The notes: generated by a model not told the origin, from the letters alone. A stretch of DNA of 64,000 nucleotides from Octopus vulgaris (GCA_951406725.2 OX597817.1:11532001-11596000); one strand, 5' to 3'. Counted from the stretch's first letter, positions 1 to 14,189 are shown. Numbers and translations are program-made.

Positions 1-960
1 GTGTGATATCTTTCTGATCATCATAAAAACTAAATTTTCAGATTTGTTAAATACTCCGGAGGGCGAGGTCGACTCAAAGAGAAATCAAATATCACAGCTA
101 TCGGTCCGGTATAGTAAAGATTATAGCACTCAGCTATCTTTATAATGGACTCATACACTAATAAAAAGAAATGGCCAGGTTGACTGACTAATAATAGATC
201 TATAGAGGAAATTTTCATTATTGATTATTTTGTGTTTAAAACCCATTTTGATACCAACAAAATAATGAATATTGTTATTCTAATATTGTTCTTCTCTCTG
301 AACCTCCTTTCGCCAGATAGATGCTGAATCGTAAAACTCACTCACACACACAACACACACACACACACTCTCTCTCTCTCTCTCTCTCACGCACGCATGA
401 ATATAAAACATAACGTAACATTTATCTATTTTCAAGTATCTATAAATACACCCATTATCTCACTCAGACGTAATTTGCAAACTATTTATTTCTAAGAGAC
501 ATATTTTAGCATAAACACATAACGCATAGTGGAACAGCAAGAAGAAGGAGTAAAAGAAATTAGCAAAAATAAAAGCAAAATGTAAAGAAATAATTAGAGC
601 AATTGCGGCAACAAAACAACAATAGTAACCTTTTTTAATAAATCTGGCTAGCTACAGAAACCGTTGATAAACAACAGGTACTTAAAAATATAAGAGGCGA
701 AAGAACGAGAACAAAAGGAGTAGGAAAGCTATATATATATTTATATATTTGTATATTTATGTATCTATATTATATTGTATTGTATTAATTACGCGTTAGT
801 CTTTCAGCCATCTTACATGGTACTTAAAACGAGTTCTTGTTCACGCTTTTCTTGTTATCGTCTTGATCGTCATTGTTATATTGCTCTTTTGATATTCTCG
901 TTGTTCTTGTTGGCATTTTGCAATCGTCGTCATTTCTGTGTTTTTTTGGGTTTTTTTACA

Positions 961-1122
961 GCAGGAGTGGCTGTGTGGTAAGTAGCTTGTCTACCAACCG
1001 CATGGTTCCGGGTTCAGTCCCACTGCGTGGCACCTTGGGCGAGTGTCTTCTGCTATAGCCCCGGGCCGACCAAAGCCTTGTGAGTGGATTTGGTAGACGG
1101 AAACTGAAAGAAGCCTGTCGTA

Positions 1123-1173
<51 letters not shown>

Positions 1174-1407
1174 GCGTGTGTGTGTTTGTGTGTCTGTGTT
1201 TGTTCCCCTAGCATTGCTTGACAACCGATGCTGGTGTGTCTACGTCCCCGTCACTTAGCGGTTCGGCAAAAGAGACCGATGGAAGAAGTATTGGGCTTAC
1301 AAAAGAATAAGTCCCGGGGTCGAGTTGCTCGATTAAAGGCGGTGCTCCAGCATGGCCGCAGTCAAATGACTGAAACAAGTAAAAGAGTAAAAGAGTAAAA
1401 GAGTAAA
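961..1407 (+). mobile_element. tRNA-derived SINE family A, full length, with internal (TA)n/(TG)n microsatellite
   Basis: A-box-like TGGCTGTGTGG, B-box-like GGTTCAGTCCC, CORE-like CACCTTGGGCGAGTG, 3' end TGACTGAAACAAG-(TAAAAGAG)n; near-identical copies at 7810, 39533 and 42707. Confidence 0.9.
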
Positions 1408-1473
1408 CCGTTGTCGTTTAAATGTTTAAATGCTATCACCGTTTTTATGTTTATATTATTATTATCGTTATGA

Positions 1474-1684
1474 AAGCGGCAGCTGGCAGAATCGTTACCG
1501 CGTCGGATAAAATGCTTAGCAGTATTCCTTCCGGCTTTAAGTTCTGGGTTCAAATTCCGCCGAGATCGACTTTCCATCCTTTGTGTCGATAAACTAAGTA
1601 CCATTTGATCACTGGGCTCAGTGAGGTGGACCAGCACCTTTCTCCAAAACTTTAGGCCTCGTGCCTATAGCAGAAAGGAATACT
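1474..1684 (+). mobile_element. SINE family B, diverged copy
   Basis: Head GCGGCAGCTGGCAGAATCGTTA, GTTCAAATTCCGCCGAG, central CATCCTTT..GTCGATAAA..AAGTACCA, tail GTGCCTATAGCAGAAAGGA; homologous to 4723, 16444, 28956 and 58813. Confidence 0.8.
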
Positions 1685-3463
1685 GTCGTTTTCGTTGAAG
1701 GCCCTTTTGTCGTCCACATCGTCGTTATTTTTTTCTTTTTTGTAGTTATTGCTTTTGTTGCTGCCCTGGCTTACCTCTAGGCAGATTTGCATCCAGCCCA
1801 CAGAAATAATATTCTTTATACGAAATCGTTGATATCTATCGTAACTCATCAGGGAGGAAGATAAATTTACATTGGAAACATTTTTCTTTACCATTCGTAT
1901 TTTTTAATATTTATTTACTTATTTTTGCTGATAAGATCAATCATAGACAAGTAGATTCATAATTCAAAGTATTTCAGCCATGAGCAAGCAGTCTGATTCA
2001 TGGTCTTTCGGACACAGTATGTCTAGGACTACTATATCATTAAGTGTGACTTTTCAGCTTCACATGTTAAATTTTGATTTCAACGAGACTTAAATTCTGC
2101 TTTTTCTATGAAATCGAGAGTGCACATAGAGATAGAAATCGTCAGACACTTTTGAAACATTGACAGCAGCTCCATCATTACTGAAGGCAAAAGGAATTAG
2201 TCCGACTGTTTGGGACGAATCGATTACTGTTTGTACTTGTTACAATGTGTGTAATAAATGTGTAACAAGTATATTACAGTATGTATATGTTAATCAGGGC
2301 ATGGAGAACTATGTCCATAACTATTCGAGGTCCTCTTAGATTGGAGAGATTGAATTAAACAATTACAAGTTTGAAAATTGATCAAAGATGGGGAATACCC
2401 AGCTCTGTTCCGAATGGTGAAACAGAGCTAAGTCTTCTAAAGAGATCAAAAGACAAGATCCTGGCATTAAACCTGGTGTCGTGTGAGGCCCAAACTTAAA
2501 TTACTTGTGAAATTGATTTTACTTCTACTATTTGATATCTACTTGCATCAGCATGAGGAGAAAGAGGATAAGATTTATTAATGAAATAATTAAGTATGTA
2601 ATTCATATATTTTTTGTGAAGTTTGTAAGTCCTAGTTTTACAATTTTCAGTCCGCCATAAAGTTAATACTTATCTTTGAATACTGAAGCCTTGTCATTAT
2701 GCTGGTTGATTGGAGGAGACATATTCAGCTTTCTGAAACTCTGATTTCACTAATAACTCCGACCCTAGATATATTTCCGACTCCTGTCACCGAGTTACGG
2801 ACAATCGCCCATCACTAAACTAAGTGTTGCTTTAACAAGCCGACCATATATACTATTTAGTATATATGAAATTTTCTAACATTTTGAAGCCTAAGTCAGA
2901 AACATCTGTGAAGGACTCATTTTCTCACAGGGGAGAAGATTTTTAGACTATTGCAAAGAAAAGCAACAGCCGAGGCTTCATGTGCAATGAAGTTTAAAAG
3001 TTCCCGAGCTATTGATTGTTATAATGTTACATAATGGTGCACTGTTCACCTCTAGGCCACGAAATAGAAAATGGTGAAACAAACTATTGACGAGGTATTA
3101 CACTTTCTGTGTAACACATTTTATTTGTACAGTTAAACTTACATAGGACTGATGCTTTTCATCTAACGAGTTAAAACTTTCTATATATCTATATAACTCC
3201 AACCGGGTATTCACCAGCTATTCAACTGGGTATCTACTTGCTTTTTATGTTTTCGAACCTTTTCTGTACATATATTACTCACTCACTTCCTTTCCCGAGA
3301 AAGGGAGGAATGGGAAGAGAGAGAGATAAGAAGAAGGGGTGAGAATGAGGGAGAGGGATATAAGAAAGAGAGGTGAGAAAGGGATAGACAAGGATATAAT
3401 ATTTTATTCAAGAAAAAGGATAGATGAAGCAAACGTGAGAGAAAAAGAGATGGAGCAAACGAC

Positions 3464-3552
<89 letters not shown>
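3464..3552. repeat. (GA)n microsatellite
   Basis: Direct reading. Confidence 0.95.
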
Positions 3553-3553
<1 letters not shown>

Positions 3554-3925
3554 GATGCAAGTATGAAGATATAATAAGATCTGAAATGACTAAGGTTTCT
3601 CAACTCAAGGAGTTACCTATGGCACCCTGTCGCATTCGTTTTTATTGTACAGGACGCTTCAATGGGGTATCTTCCATTGATAATATTGTAAAGAATATGG
3701 AGAGTCGGCATGCTTATGAAAGACAGTGTGTGGACTTATACACACGTAAGACAGTGGGAAACTTTCACGCTAGCATGGGGAAATGTGGACACTGAAACAG
3801 ATATAGAATTTCATATATGCACAGTTCACACAAGAATTTATGCAGTTCACACTATTCATAAAAATACGTATATACATGAATATTGGCGATCATGTACATG
3901 CGTATCACGAAGCCAGATGTGTTTC

Positions 3926-3926
<1 letters not shown>

Positions 3927-3961
<35 letters not shown>

Positions 3962-3986
3962 GTTATTATTATTATTATTATTATTA

Positions 3987-4018
<32 letters not shown>

Positions 4019-4059
4019 GTTATTATTATTATTATTATTATTTTTATTGTTATTATTGC

Positions 4060-4092
<33 letters not shown>
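3927..4092. repeat. (ATT)n microsatellite
   Basis: Direct reading; source of the poly-I/L/Y pseudo-ORFs. Confidence 0.95.
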
Positions 4093-4094
<2 letters not shown>

Positions 4095-4602
4095 TATCTG
4101 CTATGATAGTCAGATATATCATATGCTCATGTAAGCACGTAGAAATATATGTATATATGTTATTACACTCGTGTCAGTGAGTTTACGTGTATATCGTTGC
4201 ATCTACAGCATGTGTAAACATTGGGTCTTATTTATATTTAGAGTATCTCATTGTTATTCAGGCTGTTATAACACAGAGTTCTACATATATCTAAAGGCAC
4301 AAAAGCATTCATGCACACATATATGCACACATATGCATCCGAACGTGTATGTATATATACATATATACATACATACATACATATATACATACATGCATAT
4401 ATATACATATATGTATTTATGTATGATGTATGTATAATATGTATGAATGTATATACATATAGATATATATATACATATATATATACGTGTGTATGTGTGC
4501 GTGACTGTGTAAGCATGGATGCGTGTGTATGTAAATGTATGCATAATTATATACGTGCATATGCATACGTGCATTTGCACCATTCACACACACATATACA
4601 TC

Positions 4603-4638
<36 letters not shown>

Positions 4639-4722
4639 TATATTTATATATACATACATGTGTGTACATATACATACACACATATATATACATTTATCAT
4701 ACAGTTATACACACAAATATGT

Positions 4723-5066
4723 GGCGGCGAGCTGGCAGAATCGTTAGCACGCCGGGCAATATGCTTAGCAGTGTTTCGTCTGCCGTTACGTTCTGAGTTC
4801 AAATTCCGCCGAGGTCGACTTTGCCTTTCATCCTCTCGCGGTAAATTAAATAAGTACCAGTTACGCACTGGAGACGACGTAATCGACCAAATCCCTTTGT
4901 CTGTTCTTGTTTGTCTCCTCTATGTTTAACCCCCACCACCATCGCTTGACAGATGATGTTGGTGTGCTTATGTCCCCGCTAGAATAAATACTGGGTCCTC
5001 TTTGTTCGACTAAAGACGGTACTCCAGCATGGCCGTAATAAATGACTGAAACAAATAAAAGAATAA
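4723..5066 (+). mobile_element. SINE B copy fused to the 3' part of a diverged SINE A
   Basis: GGCGGCGAGCTGGCAGAATCG head to about 4932, then family A 3' sequence (CGCTTGAC...CCAGCATGGCCG...AATGACTGAAACAAATAAAAGAAT). Confidence 0.8.
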
Positions 5067-5075
5067 AAAAGCATA

Positions 5076-5116
<41 letters not shown>

Positions 5117-5146
5117 TGCGCACAGACACACAGAGATCTAACTATC

Positions 5147-5206
<60 letters not shown>

Positions 5207-5335
5207 AATAAATATTATAAATCCAAATTTACAGGGAAAATCAGATTTAGGATTGAATCAATTTTATAGTAAAATATTATATAATATTAATTAGAGACAA
5301 AACCACTATTTTGTAAATCAAACAAAGAAAGACTT

Positions 5336-5367
<32 letters not shown>

Positions 5368-5420
5368 GTCTCTTTTCAGGACATCATCAGGTGGATTTCA
5401 GATCTTCTATTCTATTAGAC

Positions 5421-5473
<53 letters not shown>

Positions 5474-5599
5474 GCAATGAGACAAGCAGAGAGAGATGGT
5501 GGTGAAAGAGGCAGGCAGAGGGAAGTGACAGGCAGACACAAAGAGTGAGAGATTAAATCAGTCATATCATTGTTTGTATATATTTTTTAAAACTTCAGA

Positions 5600-5656
5600 T
5601 CGGTGCCCCAGCATGGCCACAGCTCATAAGCTGAAACTAGAATCAATCAATCAATC
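5600..5656 (+). mobile_element. SINE 3' end fragment (A-related variant tail)
   Basis: CGGTGCCCCAGCATGGCCACAG shared with the family A tail, followed by a different end GCTGAAACTAG(AATC)n. Confidence 0.5.
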
Positions 5657-5985
5657 ATATGAAAGGATGAAAATAACGTGCGATAAAAGATCAAAATGTA
5701 CAATAGTATCTTGGAGAAAGTCGAAGCGAGGTATAATAAGCCCCTTGAGTTATTATAATCGTAACCGAATTCCATGCAAGAAATACTCTACTGCAAAAGG
5801 AGTTGTATAGACTAGACATACATAATTAGGTCCCATATTTCTTTCTTTATCTCTGTCTGTCTGTCTTTTTCCTTTTCTCTCTTATATATATATATAGCTA
5901 TAGCTATCAAATAATTCGCTGTAGTTGATGAAAGATATTGTATTAAAAATTTACTAAATATTTCACAACAATATTTCACAATATA

Positions 5986-6231
5986 GGCGCAGGAGTGGCC
6001 GTGTGGTAAGTAGCTTGCTAACCAACCACATTGTTCCGGGTTCAGTCCCACTGCGTGGCATCTTGGGCAAGTGTCTTCTGCTATAGCCCCGGGCCGACCA
6101 AAGCATAGAATAAGTACTGGGCTTACAAAGAATAAGTCCCGGGGTCGATTTGCTCGACTAAAGGCGGTGCTCCAGCATGGCCACAGTCAAATGACTGAAA
6201 CAAGTAAAAGAGTAAAAGAGAGTAAAAGAGT
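5986..6231 (+). mobile_element. SINE A, internally deleted
   Basis: Head to CCGACCAAAGC joined directly to ATAGAATAAGTACTGGG; the microsatellite-bearing middle is missing. Confidence 0.9.
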
Positions 6232-6607
6232 AATAACTTTCGAAAACCAGAATGATATAAACGTTACGAAAGGAAGTTCAAGTGTTCAGTCTTCTCATTT
6301 TCAGTATTTCAACCACACACACATACACACTCACACTCGCGCAAGCATGCGCGCACACACGCATATACACACCTGTATGCATGGAAGAATGTATGTAAGC
6401 TTGTATGTATTCTGAATAGAATACATCAGTGCATCAATAGCAATTAGATTATTTAATTTCCTAGCTTCTCTTATAGATATCCTTTTGAAGAAAGAATGAG
6501 ATAATGATATGATAAAAAAACCAACTATTTGTAACATAAGAATAATAGTATCATATATACATACATAAAATATATATATACATACATATATATATACATG
6601 CATATAC

Positions 6608-6780
6608 CAACCGATGCTGGTGTGTTTACGTCCCTGTCACTTAGCGGTTCGGCAAAAGAGACCGATAGAATAAGTACTGGGCTTACAAAGAATAAGTCCT
6701 GGGGTCGATTTGCTCGACTAAAGGCGGTGCTCCAGCATGGCCGCAGTCAAATGACTGAAACAAGTAAAAGAGAGAAAAAG
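6608..6780 (+). mobile_element. SINE A, 3' half
   Basis: CAACCGATGCTGGTGTGTTTACG...AATGACTGAAACAAGTAAAAGAG. Confidence 0.9.
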
Positions 6781-6840
6781 AGAGAAATACATACATACAT
6801 ACATATATATATATATATATGCTCATTCATACGTATGTTT

Positions 6841-6940
<100 letters not shown>

Positions 6941-6942
6941 CA

Positions 6943-6967
<25 letters not shown>

Positions 6968-6975
<8 letters not shown>

Positions 6976-7162
6976 CCTTGACTATCGCGTGTGTTACGGC
7001 CCCATCGGCGTTAGGCGAAAATCCGCGAAGTCGAAACTGTATTTTTTAAAAATTATTTTTGAGAATTTGTATATATAAATTTTATTATAAATGTAAAACA
7101 ACACCACGTAGGAATCGACGTAAGCTTAAATAATAGACCGCGATAGGTGAACGCGATACTGC
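6968..7162 (+). mobile_element. pogo/Tigger-like MITE relic
   Basis: Start TAATCCCTTGACTATCGCG and end CCGCGATAGGTGAACGCGATA match the reverse-oriented copy at 14659; Tigger-like terminus. Confidence 0.5.
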
Positions 7163-7809
7163 TAGTATTATTATATATGCAGAGAGAGAGAGAGGGGGTT
7201 GGAGAGAAATAGAGAAAGAGAGAGAGAGAGAAAGGGAGAGAGAGAAAGAAGGAGAGAGAATGGAAATCTGATCTTTTCTTAATTAATTGTATAAAATATA
7301 TATTAGTGACTTGATTGCCTGTGGATAACTCCAGTTTCATGGCTTGAAGCGCAACTTTACATAGGATAGACACCAGCTGCTGCCAACGATATTTCCACAT
7401 GACTTAACATCTTTTTCCATTACCAATATAAATTTACGTAATTTGTTTTACCCAGAGAAAAAATGTTAGCATCGTGTTGGACTCAGAATCCAAAGGAGCT
7501 CACGTGTCAAACATCAGGATAAAATCATAACATAGTACTCACTCACAAAACTTGGCAGTATAATCTTATACATAACACTATAATCTTAGGAGTATAATCA
7601 TATATATGTGAGCAATATTCAGTGAGAGTATTCAACGACTCAGCATTTAGTTGGTACGATGACTAAATCTATGCGAATTAAACAAGCAACGAAAGAGGGA
7701 TCGCAACTATACCACATAGATGCATGCAACATTTTCAACGAGTTACTTCAAAGGACATCAAAATGTATCGGTGGCTGTTCACATCGTCAGTCACTATTGA
7801 ACTGATTTT

Positions 7810-8233
7810 CTCTTTTATCTCTCTTTTACTTGTTTCAGTCAATTTGACTGCGGCCATGCTGGAGCACCGCCTTTAGTCGAGCAAATCGACCCCGGGACTT
7901 ATTCTTTGTAAGCCCAGTACTTATTCTATCGGTCTCTTTTGCCGAACCGCTAAGTGACGGGGACGTAAACACACCAGCATCGGTTGTCAAGCAATGCTAG
8001 GGGGACAAACACAGACACACAAACACACACACACATGCATATACATATATATATATATATATAAATATATACGACAGGCATCTTTCAGTTTCCATCTACC
8101 AAATCCACTCACAAGGCTTTGGTCGGCCCGGGGCTACAGCAGAAGACACTTGCTTAAGGTGCCACGCAGTGGGACTGAACCGGGAACCATGTGGTTGGTT
8201 AGCTAGCTACTTACCACACAGCCACTCCTGCGC
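7810..8233 (-). mobile_element. SINE A, full length
   Basis: Reverse complement of 961-1407 including the internal CA/TA microsatellite. Confidence 0.92.
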
Positions 8234-8656
8234 TACATTATATATAATTGTGTCACTTGTTGATACATAAAAGGATATTACATAAATTTACCAGGAACGA
8301 GGAAAGGAACAAACAGGTTATTTCACACATCAACGTGAAATGCCACCTGTGTCTCTGAAAGGGACCGAAAAATAGCTTCAGAGAACTCTAATGGTATCAT
8401 ATAAACCGGAACACTAAAATATATACAATGAGTTGTAGAGTAGATAGACGCATAGAAAACTAATATGTAAAACTTGAATTCATCTGAACATAGTTGAATT
8501 TATATAAACATGATGTCGGAATTCAAAATAACTCAGTATTTTGTCGGTGATATGATTTTATGAATGTTTGAAGTAAACGAACGGGAAGGAAGAAACTCAG
8601 ATATAGCGCAAACAGACAACTCCCGATACGTCATCCAGCAACCATCTATGATTTGG

Positions 8657-9167
8657 GATGCTGGTGTGTTAATGTCCCCGTAACTTAGCGATTAAGTAAA
8701 AGACCAATAGAATAAGTACTAGGCCTGCAAAGAGACAAAGAATAAGTCCGGGGATCGATTCTTCGACTAACACCCTCAGCCAGGTCAATTCTCATTGGTG
8801 TAGGCTATGCCTAAATTAATAGCACCACCTGATAGGATTAGCTAAATCCTTTCTAAATAAAGTTTTGTGGCATCGTGATCCATTCTAATATGTTTCTGGA
8901 GTTGTATTTTCGAAGGGAGGACTTGATTCATGTGTGTGTGTGTGTGTGTGTGTATTTGTGCTTTTACCTACCACTGCTCGGCAACCGATGCCTTTTTGCT
9001 TGAACTTAGCAGTTGCGGTTCGGCGTAGAATAAATGCCGTAGGATAAGTTTCGACAGAATACACACCAGATCCAAAAATAAAAGTACTGGGATCGATTGG
9101 TTCAGCTTAAACCTTTCAAGATTGTACCTTAGTCCAATGAATGATAGAAGTAAACGATAAAAAGATA
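8657..9167 (+). mobile_element. Two diverged SINE A 3' fragments (8657-8770, 8931-9167) with a minus-strand LINE 3'UTR scrap (about 8785-8860) between them
   Basis: GATGCTGGTGTGTTAATGTCCCCGTAACTTAGCG; ATAGCACCACCTGATA is the reverse complement of the LINE 3'UTR near 20487-20502. Confidence 0.6.
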
Positions 9168-9592
9168 AATACAGATGTCTTAGATGACATTTTACTCTGA
9201 GTCAAAATCCTTTCTAAATATTGTAAACCAACCAAAGTGAATATGAAAGATATTTGTAAGAAGGCCCTGATGGCCAAATTTAGCTGTTATTGCTAAATTT
9301 TATGTCCTTAGTTCCTAATTTTATAACATCCCGAAGACTGCTATGAATTTCCTAATCTTTTGATACAACCACACTTGGTGTGGACTCGAAGAATAGCAGG
9401 TGTGTGTGATTCAGACAAAGTGGCTGAATCTAGCGTGAAATTAAAAACAAATTCTCTCAGGAACACAAGTGGCCATTACCCTCGATGAGCGAATGCAGAC
9501 AGGATCTTATGACTGGTTAAATTCAAATTTTCGAAAAAATAAGAACACAATGCATGCATATGTATATGAGTGAGCTAGTGTGTACGTGTGTT

Positions 9593-9634
<42 letters not shown>

Positions 9635-9776
9635 TGCGTATGTGTATTGCTGTATGGAATATACATGATTAATGTATACATGTATACATTCATATTTTCT
9701 TTCATATATTTTTACATACATAAATGCATACATACGTTCACACACACACAAATATAATACATACGAATATTTTATA

Positions 9777-9831
<55 letters not shown>

Positions 9832-12140
9832 GTATATGTATATGTATGTATATATGTGTGTATGTATGTATATGTATATACGAAGGGAGGGAACGTAGCT
9901 AAGAGAGGGGAAAAGCAGAGAGATTTAGACAAAAGGTCTGGTATTGTTGTTCAAACGTTCCTTGAATACACAAATACATACATAAGCATATACACATATT
10001 TACATATATATTATTTAAATATATACACAAATACACACAGACGCACAGAGACATACACACACACGCGCGCATATACGTATACTGGCACATACATATACAC
10101 ATATACTTATATAAACTCATATATCTTTAAATGCAGTCGAACAAATGAACATAGACGAGACCAAAACCATATTACTAGGAGTATATTTCTAAGTCAATGG
10201 AAGTCACATATGCTTTAGCCATATATATTTCGCTGACAAACCAGATTATGACGTCATTGGTAAGCGCCAGTTCTATTTCACGCTTTGATAACAGATGATT
10301 TTCTTTGTGTTAAAGTACTATCATTATAGTGTTAGCCCACCAAGAATGCCTCCGCCCTCATTTCCCCACCAACCCCAATAACTGTTTATATGGCCAACTG
10401 GTTTTCACTCAACAGCAGTGTTTTGTATAGACAAGAGTTATGACATAGAGGACAAGAAAATATAAAGAAAACTACAATATAACTTTTATTGCTGTTATTG
10501 TTTCTGTTCCTTTTCTTTTCTTTCTGTGTTTGTATTTCTGTGGTTTATCTGTCCTACAAGATGTAACACACTCTGAAAGAGTTTGAAAATTATACGAGCT
10601 ACAGCTATTGATTAGCCAGTTAAAAAGAAAAACACGCTTTTCTCGACTGCGCCACGTTCCTCCCAAACTTGAGAATTCATATTTGTAACAGACAGTTGGT
10701 AACAGAATATAATTTAAAGTCAGTAAGAAAAGGGTATTCAATCTTTCATTTTAGAAACGGAAGCATTATTTGATAGATCCTTGTCAAGAAATTCATTGGC
10801 TAAAAATTGTGATTGATGGAAGTTATAGAATCGGATTAAATGCTTACTCAAATCTATTTTGGTTTTCCACAGTAAAATATTTAAATCCTACTGAAGTCAG
10901 TAGAGTGCTAAAAATAGACAGAACTAGACAGGTCTTCAGCATTAGTGCTAAGATGTATAATTTGTCAACTTTCAAACAGTAGGAGATATAAGTATAAATA
11001 CATACGAACACATATATACATATATATCTATATTACCTATCTTTATATTTATACACATAGCAACTATATGACACCCAGATGTAGTAATGGAGATTCATAT
11101 AGGCTTCATAGAAATATATTTACCTGGAGCACAAAAGATACACAGAAAATGTGCAAAATATGATAAGAAAATATATTAATTCATAACTCGACAGCTGTTT
11201 CAAGAAGCCTGGATTTACATGATAATCATAATAATCCTAAGTTACAAATGAAATCTGCAAATTGTCATGGAATGTAAACGATAACCAGTCACATGTAGAT
11301 ATAGTAAATCTGGCTTCCTTCATCAACGGAAAACTGGCGTTTGTGAAAGTTTTTTTCGTACATGGATATGAATAAATTACGCTTGTAGTGACAGAACAAC
11401 CCCCGGCATTAGAGTGCGTTCTTATTTCGTCAATACACTTGTGGTATGAAATACTATCAACAATGGGTGAAAAGTTAAAACAATTGCAATATTACTCCAT
11501 TATTTTATATATGGTAAACTAGAGTTCTATGTTGTAATTGCTGCGTAAACTATATTTGACAGACACACGTTAAGTTTAACCTTCCATGAGCAAATGTCAA
11601 ACAGCAAGGAAAACTGAAGCAACAGTACCACCACCACCACCTCTACCATCATCGTCATCTCTACTAGCATTAACAGCAACCATAGGCTATCCAAAATTCT
11701 TTCAATATAATAATTGATGTTCGAAAGAGAATCGGCAGCGGGATGAGATTCGATAACGCTTTCACGCAATCAAATATTCTGAGTTAAATCATTGGTCCAT
11801 CACCCAAGTGTATTCCTCTGTAGCTTTGCAGTGTATGTTAACGTAAATAAAGTAACAAGCTTTCTATATTACACTTAATGTGCTACAAATTTTTGCTGGT
11901 GAAAACTATTTCAGTCCTCGCTGTTCCACTCAGACGAAGCCTTCAGGTTATAGGGTGAAATACATGTGATCCTCAGACAACTGCTGACGATAACAGAAGG
12001 GTTTTAGGCATTACTATGGATTTAGAAAAGCTTACAGCTTACAAAACCTCTGCGTAGCTCATGCAGTTCACGCATGGGGCAAAGCATCTCATCCATATCC
12101 ATCCCTCTTTTTATCCATACATATACACATGTAGGGTTTA

Positions 12141-12458
12141 TCACGTGATCACGTGACCGATCCCGTGACCGACCAGACCATTAGATGTTGTTACACATCG
12201 CTGGTCACAATGCGTTCGCATTGTTTTAGCCTTCAAATGACGCCACCCCGCTGGCTAAGCGAGCAGGCCAACAGAAGAAAGAGTGGGAGAAAGTGTGGTG
12301 AAAGAGTACAGCAGGGATCACCACCCTCTGCCGGAGCCTCGTGGAGCTTCTTTAGGTGTTTTCGCTCAATAAACACACACAACGCCCGGTCTGGGAATCG
12401 AAACCGCGATCTGGCGACCGCGAGTCCGCTGCCCTGACCACTAGGCCATTGCGCCTCC
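12141..12458 (-). mobile_element. tRNA-derived SINE family C, full length with TSD
   Basis: Minus-strand head GGAGGCGCAATGGCCTAGTGG...GGTTTCGATTCCC, tail CACGTGATCACGTGA; target-site duplication GTAGGGTTTA(T) at 12131 and 12459. Confidence 0.92.
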
Positions 12459-13312
12459 GTAGGGTTTATACTTTTACATTAAGGTCAACGTAAAGAAGAA
12501 ACCAATCACATCTTTTATCTGCTTGCAATATAGCGTGTCTTTTAAGCATGTTCCGCTCTCAACAAACTGCAAGAGCCAATTTCCAAAATAAGAAGGAGTT
12601 ATTAATTAAAAATAACCCCTCACCATTAAGCGATTATGGGATTTATCATAATCTCGTAGTCGCAATATTTTTAGGGTTTATTTCATTATTTTTTTTTCAT
12701 TGAATAATAAACTGTAGAAGATTAGCAAAGTAAAAAAAAAAAAGGTTGTACATAAACAATGTCAATTTAAAACTAATACGGTAAAAGGAGCACAACTTAC
12801 GCTCCAGGCTTACGAAACAGCCGCTAATTATGCCGTGTTCCTACTGTGTTTATTTGCAAACCGTACAAAATATCAGTGTGAAATATATGTTAGTCAGGAC
12901 CAGGGCTGATATAAGTATAGGAACCTTTGACTACACGGTTAATTCCATGCTCTATAAATTCCTTAGTGTGAAAATCCCTGTAACGTATTCACAATGAATT
13001 TTATTAAAGGGCCGTAAATTTTACACAATGCCGTGAAAAAAATTATTGTGATTTACGAGAGTGTATTCCAAGACTTACATTTGATACTCATTGTGTGGTC
13101 CGTCAGAAATTATAAATCATTCTCCTACCACAGATACATTACACACTAAACATAAAAATATATACGATAGTTCTATTGTTTCTGATTAAAAAAAGAAAAC
13201 TATGATATGCACAGATGTAGACAAACTTCATTCAAATTTCGTCCTGGTTATCTTTGGTATGTTGCATATATACATATATACGTGTGAGTGTGTGTCTTTA
13301 TATGTATGTATG

Positions 13313-13408
<96 letters not shown>

Positions 13409-13661
13409 GCGACAAGCGAAGTATTTCTAGAACTGTCAACACGACTACCAAAAAGTTTTTCAGTAGATATGAGAAGAAAATAGAAATTCGAGCAATTGCA
13501 GTGTTTTAGTGGATAGGGGTAGATGATAGATGTATACATGCTGTCTGCACCATTGGCTTTTGTTCTTTAACAGCTGTTCCATATGCGAGGCACTTTAACA
13601 ACCAACAAATGAATACACATCTCATACCAACAGAGTCGCGCACATATGGTAATATCGTATA

Positions 13662-13706
<45 letters not shown>

Positions 13707-13814
13707 AAATTGTATGCTTTGTATATATACATATATACATTTACATGACATATATACATGTGCGTGTGTGTATGTATTTGTTTGTATCTGCTTGCATATA
13801 TATATGTATGTATG

Positions 13815-13942
<128 letters not shown>

Positions 13943-14189
13943 TATATAGTTATATGTATATGTACATATTATGTATGTATATATCGTTAGACCACATCTG
14001 ATAAGCAAATAGCTACAATTAAAGATGCTATTTAATCACTCCACGAAGTTAATAACATGATGCAAAGAAAAGTCTATGATAAAAAAAATAGGAATATAAT
14101 TAAAAACAAACTTCTGCAAGACCCACATCACACTAGAACATAATAATACAATATGTTGAGTAAGCAGCTAGTATATTCTAAATGAAACA

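Noticed and set aside
5366-5400. Minus-strand CTGATGA-TGTCCT-GAAA hammerhead-like core
   Set aside because: Stem II cannot pair, and stem III and the cleavage triplet run into (TA)n; at best a relic.
7994-8206. Recurrent peptide ...RLPNPLTR.WSARGYSRRHL...[14 protein letters not shown] that looks like a gene family
   Set aside because: It is the antisense translation of SINE A copies (also at 39705 and 42648).
10472-10741. Minus ORF resembling a signal peptide plus a dibasic KR site
   Set aside because: Starts at TTG, has no recognisable domain or splice support, and has a low-complexity tail.
11925-11980. CAGACGAAGCCTT...AGGGTGAAATAC hammerhead-like layout
   Set aside because: The core is CAGACGA rather than CTGANGA, and there is no convincing stem I or stem III.
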